Shown piece by piece: positions 38,950-59,879 of a stretch of DNA of 64,000 nucleotides. Position 1 is the stretch's first letter, and every line of letters starts with the position of its first letter. The notes beneath the pieces are model-generated. The model searched no databases. It saw nothing but the letters and a program-made list of their open reading frames with translations, and was not told the DNA's origin. The DNA comes from the human T2T-CHM13v2.0 reference genome, Homo sapiens. The stretch lies in assembly GCF_009914755.1 (NCBI RefSeq), contig NC_060926.1. The stretch is one strand, 5' to 3'. The translations under genes and the position numbers were made by a program.

Positions 38950-40410
38950 TAAATCATTCATTTGTTCACCTAGCCTGGCACTGTGCTTGGTGCTGGAGAT
39001 ACAGTAGTGAATAAAATAGCCAGTGCCTTGTAGAGTTTTGTGCCTGTCTACTAGGAAAGACAGGAGATTATACAGTAATTATATAAGATGCAAATTGTGA
39101 TATGCCATGAAGAAACGTATAGCATTCAGAGGGACATAACACAACACAAGACATACCACATAAAACTGATTTTTTTTAAGATGGTCTCACTCTGTTGCCC
39201 AGGCTGGAGTGCAGTGGAGCGATCATAGCTCAGTGCAGTGTCGAATTCCTGTTCTTAAGCGATCTTCCTGCCTCAGCCTCCTAGTAGCTAGGATTACAGG
39301 CATGTGCCACCATACCCAGCATGTTTTTGTATTTTTTTAGAGACAGAGTCTTACAATGTTACCCAGACTGGTCTCAAACTCCTGGCCTCAGGTGATCCTC
39401 CCACTGGGCCATAAACTTGATTTTAACGTGGGAAATGGGAAAGCGTATCTCAGGACATTTTTGAAAGCAAGTTGATTAAGAAAGTAAAGAAACAGAATGG
39501 CTACTCCATAGAGCAGCCTCTGAGGACATTTATAGCTTTTGCAGTGACATGGTTGTCTAAGTGAATGATGGTGATGGTCATAAAAGTGGAGAGAAGGGGA
39601 TAGAGTCCAGGTGAAGTCTGACAGGATGTAGTCATGGTTTGGAAGCGGAAAGTGAGGAAGAAGAAAGGGCTTCTGGCAAAAAAGGCTTTAGCCTTTATGC
39701 ATGCAGGATCCCTGGGGGGAAAGAGTGAGTTCAGGAGCATGGCTTTTAGACTTACCAGGTTTACAAGGCAGTTGTATCTATGGAACTAAAAAATATAAAT
39801 TTTGAAGTTGTATACAGAAATGGTACTTAGAGCCATAGAATGAATGAAATTGCTTAAGGAAAATGTAGTGTGAGATAAAGATCTGAGGAACTCCAACATT
39901 TAGGGCTGACTAGATCAGGGTAGCTGGCAAAGGGGACTGCGGAGTTGGCAGTGAGGCTGGAGGAAAACCTGGCAAAAGGGACTGAGGAGTTGACAGGGTA
40001 ATGTCAAAGTTGTCCACAGGAATCTCCAGGTTGAGGTAGTCAAATGAACACTTAGATGAATACTGAAAAGTCCAGTGGATCTAGCAATATGAATGTCACC
40101 CGTGACCTTAGCAAAAGCACTTTTGCTGGAATAATGGGGAAAAGCCATTTTGGAGTACGTTGAAACAATGAATGGGAAGTGAGAAAGTAGATACTGGATG
40201 TATAGCAGTTTTTCCAAGAAGCTTGGCTCAGAAGGGTAGCAGACAGGATGACAAGTGGAAAGAGAAATGAGGTCACTGGAGGATTGTTAAAGAGTACAGC
40301 ATGTTTGAGTGTCACTTGAAAGGTTCCAGTGGAGAAGCTGAAGAAGTAGGTAAAGGTAAGAATAACCAAGGGACAGAAGTCCTGGAGCAGGGAGGAGGGA
40401 ATGGGATTCT
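38950..40410. mobile_element. L2-like remnants with an Alu (39170-39410, -)
   Basis: L2 motifs (cattcatttgttc, ctgtgcttggtgctggagatacag, gtgaccttagcaaaagca). Confidence 0.6.
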
Positions 40411-40799
40411 TTAAAACCTCTTCATCAAGAAACTAGGAAAAAAAACCAAAGCTGTACCATCTCAGATTTCAGAGAAAGGGAATTTAGAAGGAAGTAATAT
40501 AAGCAAAGAGCAACAATATTCTGTGACTGTTTTTAATAATAACTAGGAAAATTCCTAGTGCAGTTAACTCTGAACAAAATTCATTCCCACCTGCATAATA
40601 CAAGATAGACTTACTCAGAGTGACCTTGGTAAAAGGTGTGATAATAAAGAAAGGAGGTGTCATTATGTCTTCATTGTAGCTTTATATGAAGCCCTGGTCA
40701 TTTACCGTATCAGCATCAGCAAACTGAACACTGAATGATTCTTACTCCAAGAGGCAAGTCTTAGTGGTTTCTATTTTAACTGAAGGAGAGATTAATTTC

Positions 40800-41158
40800 T
40801 GTGCAAGGTTGAAAAAGGTGACCACAAATTCTTTGGGCTTCTTTCATCAAGAGGTGAAGTCCATTACCCCACGCCTTAACTCTGGGCTGGCTTTGTTGTT
40901 GTTTTGGCCAATAGAATATGGCTGAGGCGCTGCTTCCAAGATTAGGCCTGAATTGAGATGCCCTAGCAGCCAGGCAGCACCTGCCAGAGCATGAATAAGG
41001 CTATCTTGGACCGCCCAGCGTAGCCAACCTGTGCTGAATGAAGCCACATGAATATGCCCAGGAGAAACTAGCAGAAGAATCACCCACCTTGCCCACGTTA
41101 GAGATATAAACCACTATTTGAGGCAGTTTGTTATGCAGCAAAACTTAGCCGAAACTAT
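40800..41158 (+). mobile_element. MLT1-family LTR
   Basis: ccacaaattctttg ... ttggccaatagaatatggc ... gtttgttatgcagca. Confidence 0.6.
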
Positions 41159-41563
41159 TACCTTGCTACCTTGACTGCTGGTGTAATTTCCCATCTCATG
41201 GAGTCACAGAGTTTTCTTGCCAACTGCAGTGAGTTGGCAAATGGGAATGATCAGTAGCCTCAGTGTGTTTTCTGATCCACTCCATCCTGTATTATCATCT
41301 GCGAATACCGTTTTTCCTTTAAATGCAATGTGTCTTTCAAAGCTGACTTGAATTTCTCACCTTTCGAGTTACCTGCCATTTGGACTCACTTATTTGGAGG
41401 AGATATGTAAAGACCCAGCGTAATACCTGTATGCTCAATAAAAAGTATTTGCTGGTACTCCTTCCTGCCCGTCGTGTGACCTGACTGCTCTGGGCTTCTG
41501 GGGGCTCCCCCTAAACTCGCTCCACGAAATGACCCCTCCAACCTGGCACGCCCGCTCTCCTAC

Positions 41564-41810
41564 CTTCGCCCAGGGCTGGCCGTTATCTCTGTGCTGTCAC
41601 GCGGGGAAGTCCCATCTGAACTGGGGCCTTATGACCTTCGGTACTTTTATTCGAACGTAGCCTGCGTCCCTGCCTGGAACCTGGTTCCCGCCCTGAAGGA
41701 CCCTTACTTAGCACTCCTGCGGGCTGCCGGGACCCCACGGCTCCGCAGGCGGAGAGACTAGGCGCGATCCCTGCGCGCCCCTCCTTCTCTTGCGCTTCAG
41801 GGGGCCGGCC
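41564..41810 (-). other. TSGA10: TSGA10 distal first exon (non-coding; TSS approximate)
   Basis: Minus-strand donor AAG|GTAGGA at 41564 within the CpG island. Confidence 0.65.
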
Positions 41811-41839
41811 CTCAGGGGGCGGGGCAGCATCGCGCGCAA

Positions 41840-41922
41840 GGCCTGCCGGTTGCTCGGGGTCGTATGACGCACTTTTCCAGCTCGAGCCCTCACGAGGCCG
41901 TGGGTACGACCGGAAGCCGCAG
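41840..41922 (+). other. LIPT1: LIPT1 exon 1 (non-coding; TSS approximate)
   Basis: Donor CAG|GTGGGT at 41922/41923 within the CpG island. Confidence 0.75.
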
Positions 41923-43158
41923 GTGGGTGAAGCGGAAACGCTTCAAACCGGGATGTTGCGGGCCGTAGCGCGTGGGCGGCCGTGGGGTCTTGGGCGCGCG
42001 CGGTGTTTCTGGCGGTGGGTCAGGACTTGCGGGTCGCCTCCGCCGGTGTTGAAGCCTCTTGTGTGCACACTTTCTCCTCAGCACTTGGCACGACCTAATT
42101 TCACTGTTAGGAACGGTTGATCCCGAACACAGGAGGGAGGGTAAATATCGTAAAACATGTTGGACGCTAGCTGTGTGCACGCCCCCTGGGAGCCAAAAGG
42201 GCGAAGTAAAACATGCACACGACCGTAATGAGATTCTGAGTAAGTTGTATATCATTAGAGAGGGGACAAAATAATAGGGTCTTGGCGAGGTCTTATGAAG
42301 AAGCTGCGCCTGCCTAGAAAGATAGATGGGATTGTGCTGTTTTCGCTTTCAGTTCAGTGATGGGGAGCCGTGTTTGGCAGTGCAGAGGTAGCGAAGTGTC
42401 CCAAGAACATGGAAGGTAAGGAAGTCTTCCGAGGAAAAACTTCAAAAAATTAGTCATTAAAGGGTGAGAGTAGAAAGATTCAAAGTGATTTTGAAGGAAC
42501 AAAATTTAACCAGAACTTCAAAGGCTTGACACTATCCCAACGACTGTGAAATATCCTGAAATACCGTGCATTACTCAGTCGGGGTCTGATCCGCTACTGG
42601 AGCATAGAATAAAAAAAGAGGGGCACACCTGTGCCAGATGAATCCACGCCTTCTCTAGGGGAGAGAGGGTATCCCGGCTTAAGAGCAGGGGCTCTCCTGA
42701 GTTAAGGAAGTGTCTTCCCCAGAGCCCATTCCGTCAGACGTTCATATCATGTAACTCAGTCCTTTTCTGATTATGTATTCACCAAGCAAACTTAAGAGTT
42801 GGCTTGTCACCAGACCTACAGTGAATAATTGCACAGGCTCATCTGAATATCTGATAGATGGTCTATAGTTCTCTTTGTAAATCAATAAGCTGGCAGTCAG
42901 GGATTTTTGGACATCCCTTTGTTTTCACTTTTTCTCACTCTGTGTGATTTTTTCTTATCTTTCGGGGTTCAACTGAAATGTCACATCCTCACTGAGGTCT
43001 GTTTATTGGTTTACGTGTTCAGGTGCTTAGAACAGCTTCTTGCATCTTTTCTCACATGATGCCTTTTTAATGAGGCTTAGCCTAACAACCCTATTTAAAA
43101 TTGCAATGTAAGTTTTCTCACATACACAGTTACAATCCTCCCTTTATCAGCTCTACAT

Positions 43159-43435
43159 TTTTTTTTAATAGACTGAATCTCGCTCTGTTGCCCAGCCCAT
43201 CTCGGCCCACTGAAACCTCCACCTCCCGGGTTCAAGCGATTCTCCTGCCTCAGCCTCCCGAGTAGCTGAGATTACAGGCGCCTGCCACCACGCCCAGGTA
43301 ATTTTTGTATTTTTGGTAGAGACGGGGTTTCACCATGTTGGCCAGGCTGGTCTCAAACTCCTGACCTCAGGTGATCTGTCCACCTTGGCCTCCCAAAGTG
43401 CTGGGATTACAGGTGTGAACCACCTCGCCCGGCCA
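43159..43435 (-). mobile_element. Alu, antisense to LIPT1, carrying splice signals
   Basis: Antisense Alu; acceptor tttttttttaatAG| at 43171 and donor CAG|GTAATT at 43297. Confidence 0.9.
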
Positions 43436-45198
43436 TCTACTTTTTTTAATAGCCCTCCTTATCACCTTTATTCATTTGACTCACTGATGATTCCCAAGTG
43501 CTAAGAACAATGTCTGTCATGTAATTGATGAAAACTTTGTTGAATTAATACCTTTGTTGTGTTTTATTCACACTGTATATACAATACCTGGATGAAGAGA
43601 GATATTTTTAGCACTATTAAAATACATGCATTGGCTCAATACATGAATTGGATCAATTCTGGAACCCTAACAAGATCACATTTTTGACCAAAGTCAATAT
43701 CTTGGACTATAGTTAATTTATCAAGGTAAATGCCACTTTGATGTGTCTTGGTTAGGAATCTTTGTTCACTTGAGGGAATACATGGTATATGATAGGAACA
43801 GTAAGCACAGAATAGAGATGGGAAAGGGAGAACCCTGTCATAACAGTTAACATTTCATATTTGCCAAACATGAATGGCTTATGCATATTAACACATTTAA
43901 TTCTCTCAACCATTTTATGACGTCTGAGGCCACTGAAGCAGCTAGAGGTTAAACCACTTCCCTAAAGTCATTAGTAAGTGGCAGAGCCAGGATTAAAAAT
44001 TTAAGTCCTTAACTACTTTGCCATCCTGCCACACTCTGCACATGCAGACAAGAGTAAGAGCCTTAATCTTGGGAAAAGATATTTCACAAGATCTTTGACA
44101 ATTTCCATATCCACAGACACCATCCAGCTTATTAGTGACCACCACTCCTATTTGTTACTTTCTCCTTTAAGGCTGCCCCTACCTGAACTCTGGATCCCAG
44201 TACCATCACTTTCTCAAGGACCTCCCTTCTCCAGTGTTGCCCTCTCTTGACTCCCCTACCAGCATCTAAACATGCTCAGATCTATTGCATCTTAAGTCCT
44301 CTCCTAACTCCACATTCCTTTCTACCTACTGCCCTAGCTTTTCCACTTCACAACTAGAATACCCTCATTGTATCCACCTTGGGCCTCCTATTTACTCAGT
44401 ACATCTGGTTCTTACCAAGATCACTGATAACCTTCTTGATACTGTTTAATAGATCCTTTTCAACCCTCATCTTATTTGCTCAATCTTTGGCATTTGGCAC
44501 TGTTGACCATCTTGTCTCCTTGAAGCTTCCATAATAGCATATTTAAAATTTTTCTGCCTTTTCTTCTATCCTCAGCTTCCTTTGGGAGCTCTCCCTCCTT
44601 CTTCTGTATGTCCGTTAAATGTTGCTGCTCTTCAGTCTTATGTCGCAGGCCCTTAAATCTTCTCACTGAACCACCTTCCTGTGGCCTCAGTTACCATCCA
44701 TTGAGCTCTGTGCCGTTGGCCGCTAGTTCAACAGTCAAAATGAACCAATTATCTTAACCCCATACTTCCTCTTCCTATAAAATCTGTCCTAGGAAATTTC
44801 ACCTCTTTGCCAGGCCAGAAATCAGGGCATAATATTAATAAAATAGTTAGCACATATTGTGTACTTTCTTCAATGCCAGGCACTCTTCTAACCACTTTAT
44901 ATGTATTAGCTCATCAGACTCAGCCTGATAATATGAGATGAGTCCTGTCATTATCCACATATTAGATAACAAATCTGAGACATAGAAAAGTAATCTGCCT
45001 TAGGTCATTCAACTGATAAAGGATAGAGTTGGGATTTGAATGAGGGCACTCTGGTTTGAGCTTGTAATCATTATATCATAAAGGACATGATGCTTGACTT
45101 CTCTTTCTCTCACCCTAATTCAACCTATTGCCAAGTATTGTACATTCTCCATGCTTAAAATCTCTAGGCGGTGTCCCTGAAGTATAAATCCAAAGCCT

Positions 45199-48736
<3,538 letters not shown>

Positions 48737-48773
48737 TTAAGTTTGGATTAAATAACCGATAATTGATAGTTAG

Positions 48774-49958
<1,185 letters not shown>

Positions 49959-49994
49959 TTCCAAGTAAATGTCTTAATACAGTTTCAATTAGAA

Positions 49995-50000
49995 AATAAA
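49995..50000 (+). terminator. LIPT1: LIPT1 poly(A) signal
   Basis: AATAAA 37 nt after the stop codon. Confidence 0.75.
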
Positions 50001-50228
50001 ATGTCTCATACTTGCACATTGTATGTCAAAAAAAAACCTAGTCTCTTTTAGTAACGTCAAAAAAAAAAAACAAAACACAACAACCTAGTCTCTTTCAGTA
50101 ACTTCTCCCCATCTGAAATTCTTTATCACCTATCCCTATCTGTGTATTTCTTCTGACCTCTAGGATCCTCTTTCTTCTCTTTCTTCCTTCATTTATTTTA
50201 TTTTATTTATTTCATTTATTTATTTTGA

Positions 50229-50369
<141 letters not shown>

Positions 50370-50372
50370 TAA

Positions 50373-50513
<141 letters not shown>

Positions 50514-51763
50514 TGATTTTAATACCTGGCATGTATTTATATTTCAGCTGCTGCTGCTTTTACTCTCTTGGGGCTATATATAATATTGGACACTCTGACC
50601 TCAGACTTAGTTCTCTGTTTTTCTTATCTCTCGGAGATATAACCCAGATTTCTTGCCACCTCTCCTCATATCTCAAACTCTAAAATTCTCCCTTTTAGTT
50701 ATATTTTCTTATCTTTCTACTCTCCCACTAAAAATCAAGGCTGTTGCACTTTTCTAAGCTCTTAACCCTTCCCTAATCTCTCCTTGCATCATTTCCCTTC
50801 TATCCCAGCCTGAAATTTACTTTATGCTTTACTTTCTTACCAGTATTCTCATTTGCTTCTCTCCTTTGACCTTCTACCATAGCCACTTTTTAATTTTAGT
50901 CTAAACAATTGATTTTCTACTCTTTTTGGCAGGTGATGCTGGGGGGAAAGATCATATAATCATTGAAGATTAGCCCAATTTGATATTTATAATTTTCAAC
51001 TTATGTATCTTTCTGCTGGTGTCAGATTTAATTCATCTCTGGTTGAGTTCCCCTCATTCTTAAGGGGAATGTTTCCACTCTTCTCAAGCTCAGAATTTCA
51101 CTACTCTTACCTTGTCACAAACCTTGATTCATAATTTGGTGAGAGTTGAGGCCTTCAGAAATGAGTCCCTCCAGCCCCCATGGCCCCCCTCCTCCCCTCT
51201 CCACTCCCTTTCTCTTCTTTCAAGACAGGGTCTTACCCTCACCCAGGCTGGAGTGCAGTGGCATGCTCATAGGTCACTACAGCCTTGAACTGGGCTCAAG
51301 TGATCCTGTTGCCTCAGGTTCTGGAGTAGCCGGAACTACAGATGCTCAACACCATGCCCAGCTCCCTCTGTTTATGAGTTATTTTCTTTTAATATATCTC
51401 AGTAGTTCCAGGCCCCATCCTTTTTTTATTTTTAGGAAGAGCAGGCATGGACACAGGGTTTTGCCTACAATTGATTATCTCAGACTGGGGGTAGGGTGAG
51501 TGATTTTATTTTTCAAGGTGTTCTTGGGACAAACATGATTGGCAGTTTAGCAGGTTTAATGGGCAGGTCCTTTTGTTATTTAAAAGCAATATTAAATACC
51601 AAGTAAACACAACTTTGAAGAGATTACTCATGAACATTTCACACTTGTTACCACCTATGAAAATTATTTTTTGAGAAAGGTTAAAAATCCTGATATGATG
51701 TGCTTTGGTGCAGTAATACCATGTTTCTCCAGAGAGAGGATATCATCAGGCAAAGGGTGTTAA

Positions 51764-52108
<345 letters not shown>

Positions 52109-53717
52109 TGAGTGCAGACAGGTTTCACTATGTTGGCCAGGCTGTTCTTGAACTCCTGACCTCAGGTGATCTGCCTGCCTCAGCCTCCCAGAGTCCTGAG
52201 ATTACAGGTGTGAGCCACTGCACCTGGCCTTTACTCCTAGATTTCTTATGAGATTGGATGGATGGGAGTATACATGGGGAGTAGGGCAGTGTATATCAAA
52301 AGTTAGGTTGGGGTGTATTATATTTGAAATGTTTGTGTGCTTCTGAGATGTCATACAGGCAGTTGAATAACTCCAAGGAGAAGTCTTGGCTTAATTTATA
52401 AATTTGAGGGCTGACCGCATATAAATAGTATTTTAAGTCATGAGAATGAATAATTTTAGACTTTTATAATTCATCTAAAGTTTAAATTTTAAACTATTAA
52501 ATATTCAGCATCTGGGTCCCCTTATATGTTTGCGGACTTCTCCACCTGGTAGGAGGTAGAGCCTACTTCCTTCTATGGAAACAAAAGTTTACTATACTCT
52601 TTGCTGGCCTTCCTTGAAGCTCAGACGTGGGCACATGACTTAAGCTGTGCCAATCAGATGCAACTGCTCCATATTTTGAATTAGACACTAGTGATGCAGA
52701 ACATCTGGAATGATGAGAACCCTTCTCTGGAAGTAGCGACAGGGGCCTGAATTTCTGGGGTAATGAAGGCAGTGAGGCTAGCGTGATAGTTTCCAAGCCA
52801 GTGATATCAGTGGTGTAGGCTACTGCATCCAGCCCTTGCATCAGTGTCAGCAGGGGTGTCATCTGATTAGTTCTGGGTAGTGATTCTAGATGTGATTTTT
52901 CACTCCAAAACCTCTGTGTCTCAGTCTATAGCTCAACTACCTACTATTCTTATAATAAACCCCTTTTTTGCTTATATCAGGTAGGAGCAGTTTTTGTTGT
53001 TTTTTACTAAGAACACTTAACCATGTAATCACTTAGGGAAAGAGTGTGAATTAAAAAAAAAAAAAAGAGGTTACTACCTAGTACCTAGCTTGGGAGAACT
53101 TCGGTATTTAAAATGTAAGAAGAATGGAGGAAGAGAGTGTGTTTCATGAAAGTCAAGAGTTTCAAGAAGGGAGTAGCCAACTGGGTCAAATGCTTCTGAA
53201 AGGTCACATAGTACGAGAGTTTAAAAGTGCCCATTGAATATGGTAGTACAGAGATCACTGTTGACCTTAGCAAAAACGATTTCAGTGGAGTACCTGGGGC
53301 AGTCGCCAGACTGAAGTGAGTTAAAGCAAATAGGTGGTGAGGAAATAAGAAAAAAAAAAAAAAAACATACAGAGAACACTCTTTGAAGAAATTTTTCATG
53401 AAGAATGAAAAAATAGGGTGGCATCTGGCTCGAGATGTGTGTACTAATAGGAATGATGCAGTACAGCAGGAGAGATTGCTCTAAGGCCCAAGTCCTTGTG
53501 GAGGCTAAAGGAGGTCAGATCAAGGTCACTGCTAAAAATCTGGCCATCATCCTTATATATTAGGAATACTGACTCTAATTTTATAAATTTGATCTCTCAT
53601 TTTTTTAACTTAGCTTATGTTTCCTTTTACTCAAGTTTTGTATATTTACATGACCAAGTCTTTTGCTCTTAAGAGTTCTGGGGCTTTCTGTTATACTCAG
53701 TTCATTAAGTGGGGTTT

Positions 53718-53720
<3 letters not shown>

Positions 53721-53773
<53 letters not shown>
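53721..53773. repeat. (AT)n microsatellite
   Basis: Direct, about 26 units. Confidence 0.95.
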
Positions 53774-53776
<3 letters not shown>

Positions 53777-54996
53777 TTTTCATTAATTAGCTCTGTAATA
53801 CGTTTAGATTTCTTTGTATGGTGTCAACATCATTACAGAAAAATTTCTTTATGCGGAGTAAGACAGAGGCCTTAATGTTATTTTTTCCAACCATTTGTTG
53901 AGCTCTTTCTCCACTAACTTAAAATGTCACCTTTATTACATATTAAATACTCATTCATACACAATTTCTCTCTTTCAAATGTGTTTCTGGACTCTTTTAT
54001 TCTATCCCACTGATTTATTTGCCCATGCCTATGCCCATACATTTTTAAGAAAATTATTGTAGCTATGTCTTTATAGCTGGTCAAGCAAGTCTCCTGGTGT
54101 TACTCTCTTTTGTCATTTAATTTATAAATTAAGTTAGAGAGAACTGACATTAAGTCTTCCCATTCAGGAATACAATTTGTCTTTCTAGTTACCCTAATTT
54201 TCTTTTATGTCCCTCCATAAAGCTTATAGTTGTTCATATAGTTCTTAACACATTTCTTGATATATTTAAGCTGTACCTGGTAGGCTTCTGGTGCTCTAAT
54301 TAGATCTGGGGATAGAACTCCAAATATCTAGAATGGATAGCATGTCTGTAGACTCTTTTCTTTAAATATCACTATGTCTTAGCCAGGATTTTTATAGAAG
54401 TTGGATAAAAGTTAATTGCACAGGGTTGTGGATTGCTAATTCTCCATAGTAACGATTCATATGCTTTAGAAATCAGAATTGTTATTTTAACATGAAGGTA
54501 AAGAGGCCTAACACATGTTCTTACCTTAATTAAGAGCCACTCCATTTCCACGTGGCATCGGGTACTGGGCAAGATAAGCAAAGATACTCTGCAGAAAGGA
54601 ACTTCGGATCAGGCCAACACTTGTTCAAGTGTTTTCCTGAGACCCTGAATTTCCATATGATACAGCTTAGTAAATTAGTTTGAGTCTAAAATTTTTCAGA
54701 TTCAGTATTATCAGCACCTGAACCTGAAAAGATTTAAAAAAAAATCAGGAACTGTTCTGGAAGCCCTTCCTGGCCTTTTATGCCAGCTCCATCTTGTACC
54801 TACCAGCTGTCCCACAAAAGGAAAACAGTGTCCAAGGCTTGCCCAAGACCACTCTGTCCAACCTTGTTCCCATGGTCTCTACCTTTGGTCCTCTACACTG
54901 TTTTAACTCTGTTGAATAGTCCTCAGATGTGACATTTATATGTGCACTCTCCAATACTGAACACTGGTACTATAGTTTTCCTCTTACATATGTTAG

Positions 54997-55446
<450 letters not shown>

Positions 55447-55617
55447 TGATTCTAAGCTGCAAGGCTTTACAAATGTGCCAGCCAAAGTGAATGAGCTGCA
55501 AAATGCATTTGGATAACTGAATGGGTTGATTTGCCTTCATGGAGTTAGGTAATACTGCACAACTGCATGATGGTAAATGTTTACCAAAGACAATTCTCTT
55601 AATTGTAACAAAATTAA

Positions 55618-55857
<240 letters not shown>

Positions 55858-56158
55858 TGATACAGGTTGCCCAAGCTCCATCTGTCTCTTTAAAAGCACT
55901 CTAATCCATGGTGTCTTTCCCTCCTGGACTTAAAACTCCCACAGGCAAAATTAAGATCTAATTCATCTTCCTAATAGATGCTTATTATTTGTTGACATGC
56001 TCCCGCAGCCAAGTAACAGAGAAGCTGGTAAAATGTTTAAATTAGCTGTATTACTTGAAAGAAACATTGTAAATCTGCTGAGTAATATATTTACAAAAAT
56101 ATTTAGGATTGTTCCCACAACTGAATGATGGATCCATAAATTAGTAGAAATATAAAAG

Positions 56159-56164
56159 TTTATT
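56159..56164 (-). terminator. MITD1: MITD1 poly(A) signal
   Basis: TTTATT on + strand (AATAAA on -), ~90 nt past the stop codon. Confidence 0.65.
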
Positions 56165-56252
56165 GTTAAATTCATACATTATAAAAGTGATCTTTTAAAA
56201 AAAATCCAATATTCACTTAAAGTAGACATAATACAAATTAGGCTACCACCCA

Positions 56253-56348
<96 letters not shown>

Positions 56349-56427
56349 CTAAGAAGAGAAGAAAAGAGTATCATTAAAAATGATACAAAAACAGTGCTAC
56401 ACATTTACTCATAAGATTATATCCTAC

Positions 56428-56488
56428 CTGTGGTTTCTTAAAATAATCAAGTCCCCTTCCAATCTTAATCATCCATCCATTGTTGAAC
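56428..56488 (-). CDS. MITD1: MITD1 exon 6: (R)[20 protein letters not shown]
   Basis: AG/GT boundaries; frame continuity; PLD-like C-terminal domain. Confidence 0.93.
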
Positions 56489-57368
56489 CTGTTGAAATTA
56501 GTATATAGTATTATATTCAAGACATTTAAGTCAGACTATTAATAAAGCTGTAGTGTATTAAGTGTCAGCAAAATTTCCCCCTAACAAAGCAAACCACTTC
56601 CTCCAGTGGCATGAGTTGAATCAAACCTGGGGTTCATTATGAGCTGTGTCCACAATGAAAACAGTCATAGAAACAATCAGTTGATTTAATTATCTGATAG
56701 TTTAATCTTGAATTTCAGCTTGTTGATAAAACTTTTTCGTGTTCTGCTAACAAGTGGTGGCAAAGTGTATTCAGGGAAACTGGTGGTGTTTCAAGAGTTC
56801 CCCTACCTAGAGATGGGGAATGTGCAGGAGGAGCCCTGGACCCTGACCTCTGCTTTAACTACAGCAGCTGCATTTTCATCTGTTTTGCATATTTAGTTTG
56901 TGATTAAGTTTTTATTAAAACTGAGTGCCCTTGCTATAAACATAACCACTGTGCTAAACAAAAGGAAGATATCACTAAAATAACTGCATATTCTGTTTTC
57001 TTATAGACTCAGCAAATTGTCATGCCTACTAGAATATTTAATAACCCCTAAGAAGTAAAGCCACATTAAGTAAATATTAAGTTCACTAGAAAATAAATTA
57101 TCCTAATATCATAACACTATATATACAGTTGAGTAGACAGAAAAGTGTTCTCTTTTTCTATATGACACAGAACATGTAAATACTATTCCATTAGGAAATA
57201 TTAAACTCACACACAAAACACTTGGCTTACTTTGTCAAAAAGAAAGCCAAGTGTTTTTTTTCTTCTCAAAAGTGAAAAAGTACTAAATGGAGTTTTATTT
57301 GAATTTTAAATATTTATAAATTATTAAATATTTATAGGCAATTATATAAAACATTTACAAAAATTTTA

Positions 57369-57533
<165 letters not shown>

Positions 57534-58220
57534 TTAATAGCAAAAATACGATTATCTGCCGCAGTTATTATTACTATCTTAAATTATCCCTAAGCTATAC
57601 AATCTATATCACAGGTGGATTAAGATGGAAATGTTCTATACTAGTTTCAATGTCTATTATCTCAAAAAAACAACCAATGTGAGGTAGTTTAAAGAGCAAT
57701 TATTTTTATCAAAATCATCTTTTTTTCTAATGTGAACATAACTCCATCCTGTCTCCTTAAATGTAGTTTAGAATAGTTTTAATCATCCAGGTGGAGCTGA
57801 CTGCTTTTGAAATCAATCGTAGAAATCATAATTATTTAGAAGCATTCTTATTTTAAGTCAAAACCAAGATAGAGATGCCCACTACCATATCATATCATGC
57901 TACCATCCCCCAGATATAATAATTGGTAAAGAAACAAAATTGTTCATAGTGCAGACAGTGTGATTGCCTCCTAGAATATCCAAGAGACTAAACTAACAAA
58001 CTATTTGAATAAGTGCATTTAGCAAAGTGGCCAAATACAAAATCAGCATCCTAAAATCAATAACTTTTTTTATGACATGTTATGCATACTGTTAGATAAT
58101 AAGTTAATTCCCAAGGAAACAAATCTAGCTGAAGCACTGCATCTGTGTTCTCCTTGACTGGACTACATCTTGTAACTGAATAAAGTTAATAAGAAAGAGT
58201 AAGTGCTTTCAGGTACCTAC

Positions 58221-58307
58221 TTCATCCAGAGAGGTGAGAAGGTGAATAGTTTTTACTTTACATGGTCTCTTAATAAGCATCTCACAAAATCGAAGAAAGT
58301 TATACAG
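58221..58307 (-). CDS. MITD1: MITD1 exon 4: [29 protein letters not shown]
   Basis: AG/GT boundaries; 87 nt, phase 0. Confidence 0.93.
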
Positions 58308-58366
58308 CTAAAAGACATTAGAATGGATTATTACTAATTTAGTACATTGAATATGATATTTCATTA

Positions 58367-58540
<174 letters not shown>

Positions 58541-58984
58541 TCAACAGTAAAACCAGTGACCATTTTTTTTTTACACATTTTATATTTTATATAGAGTGAT
58601 TAATCAGCATCAGATACATATTAATTTTTTTAACTTATTCAGCAAATACTTATTGAATGCCTACTAAATATCATATACATTGCAGGATGTTACACGTACA
58701 AAGGTATTTAAGGCAAACCACTCCATTAGTGATTTCTGCCTTCACAGAGGCTAGGCAAGGGGGAAAATCTAGAGGTTTCCTGGAACAGGTCCTTGAGCAA
58801 GATCCTATAGACCAGGCAGTTTGTTGAAGGGAGTAGTGTATATATAAAGGTATCCAATAACTCCCTGTCGCCATGGGTAGCACCACATACTGAAACTCAG
58901 TGGCTATCTGGTCCTCCTCTTCAGACTTGTCTTTTTATGTCTTGCAATCTAATAACTAAAGTGAGTATTAAACATGAATGCAGG

Positions 58985-59879
<895 letters not shown>

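Larger units (their letters stand above)
41520..42070. promoter_or_regulatory. CpG island; bidirectional promoter for TSGA10 distal exon 1 (-) and LIPT1 (+)
   Basis: CpG-rich; GC box ggggcgggg ~41816-41824; ATF/CRE-like ATGACGCA 41864-41871; ETS CCGGAAG 41910-41916; divergent donors at 41564 (-) and 41922 (+). Confidence 0.9.
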
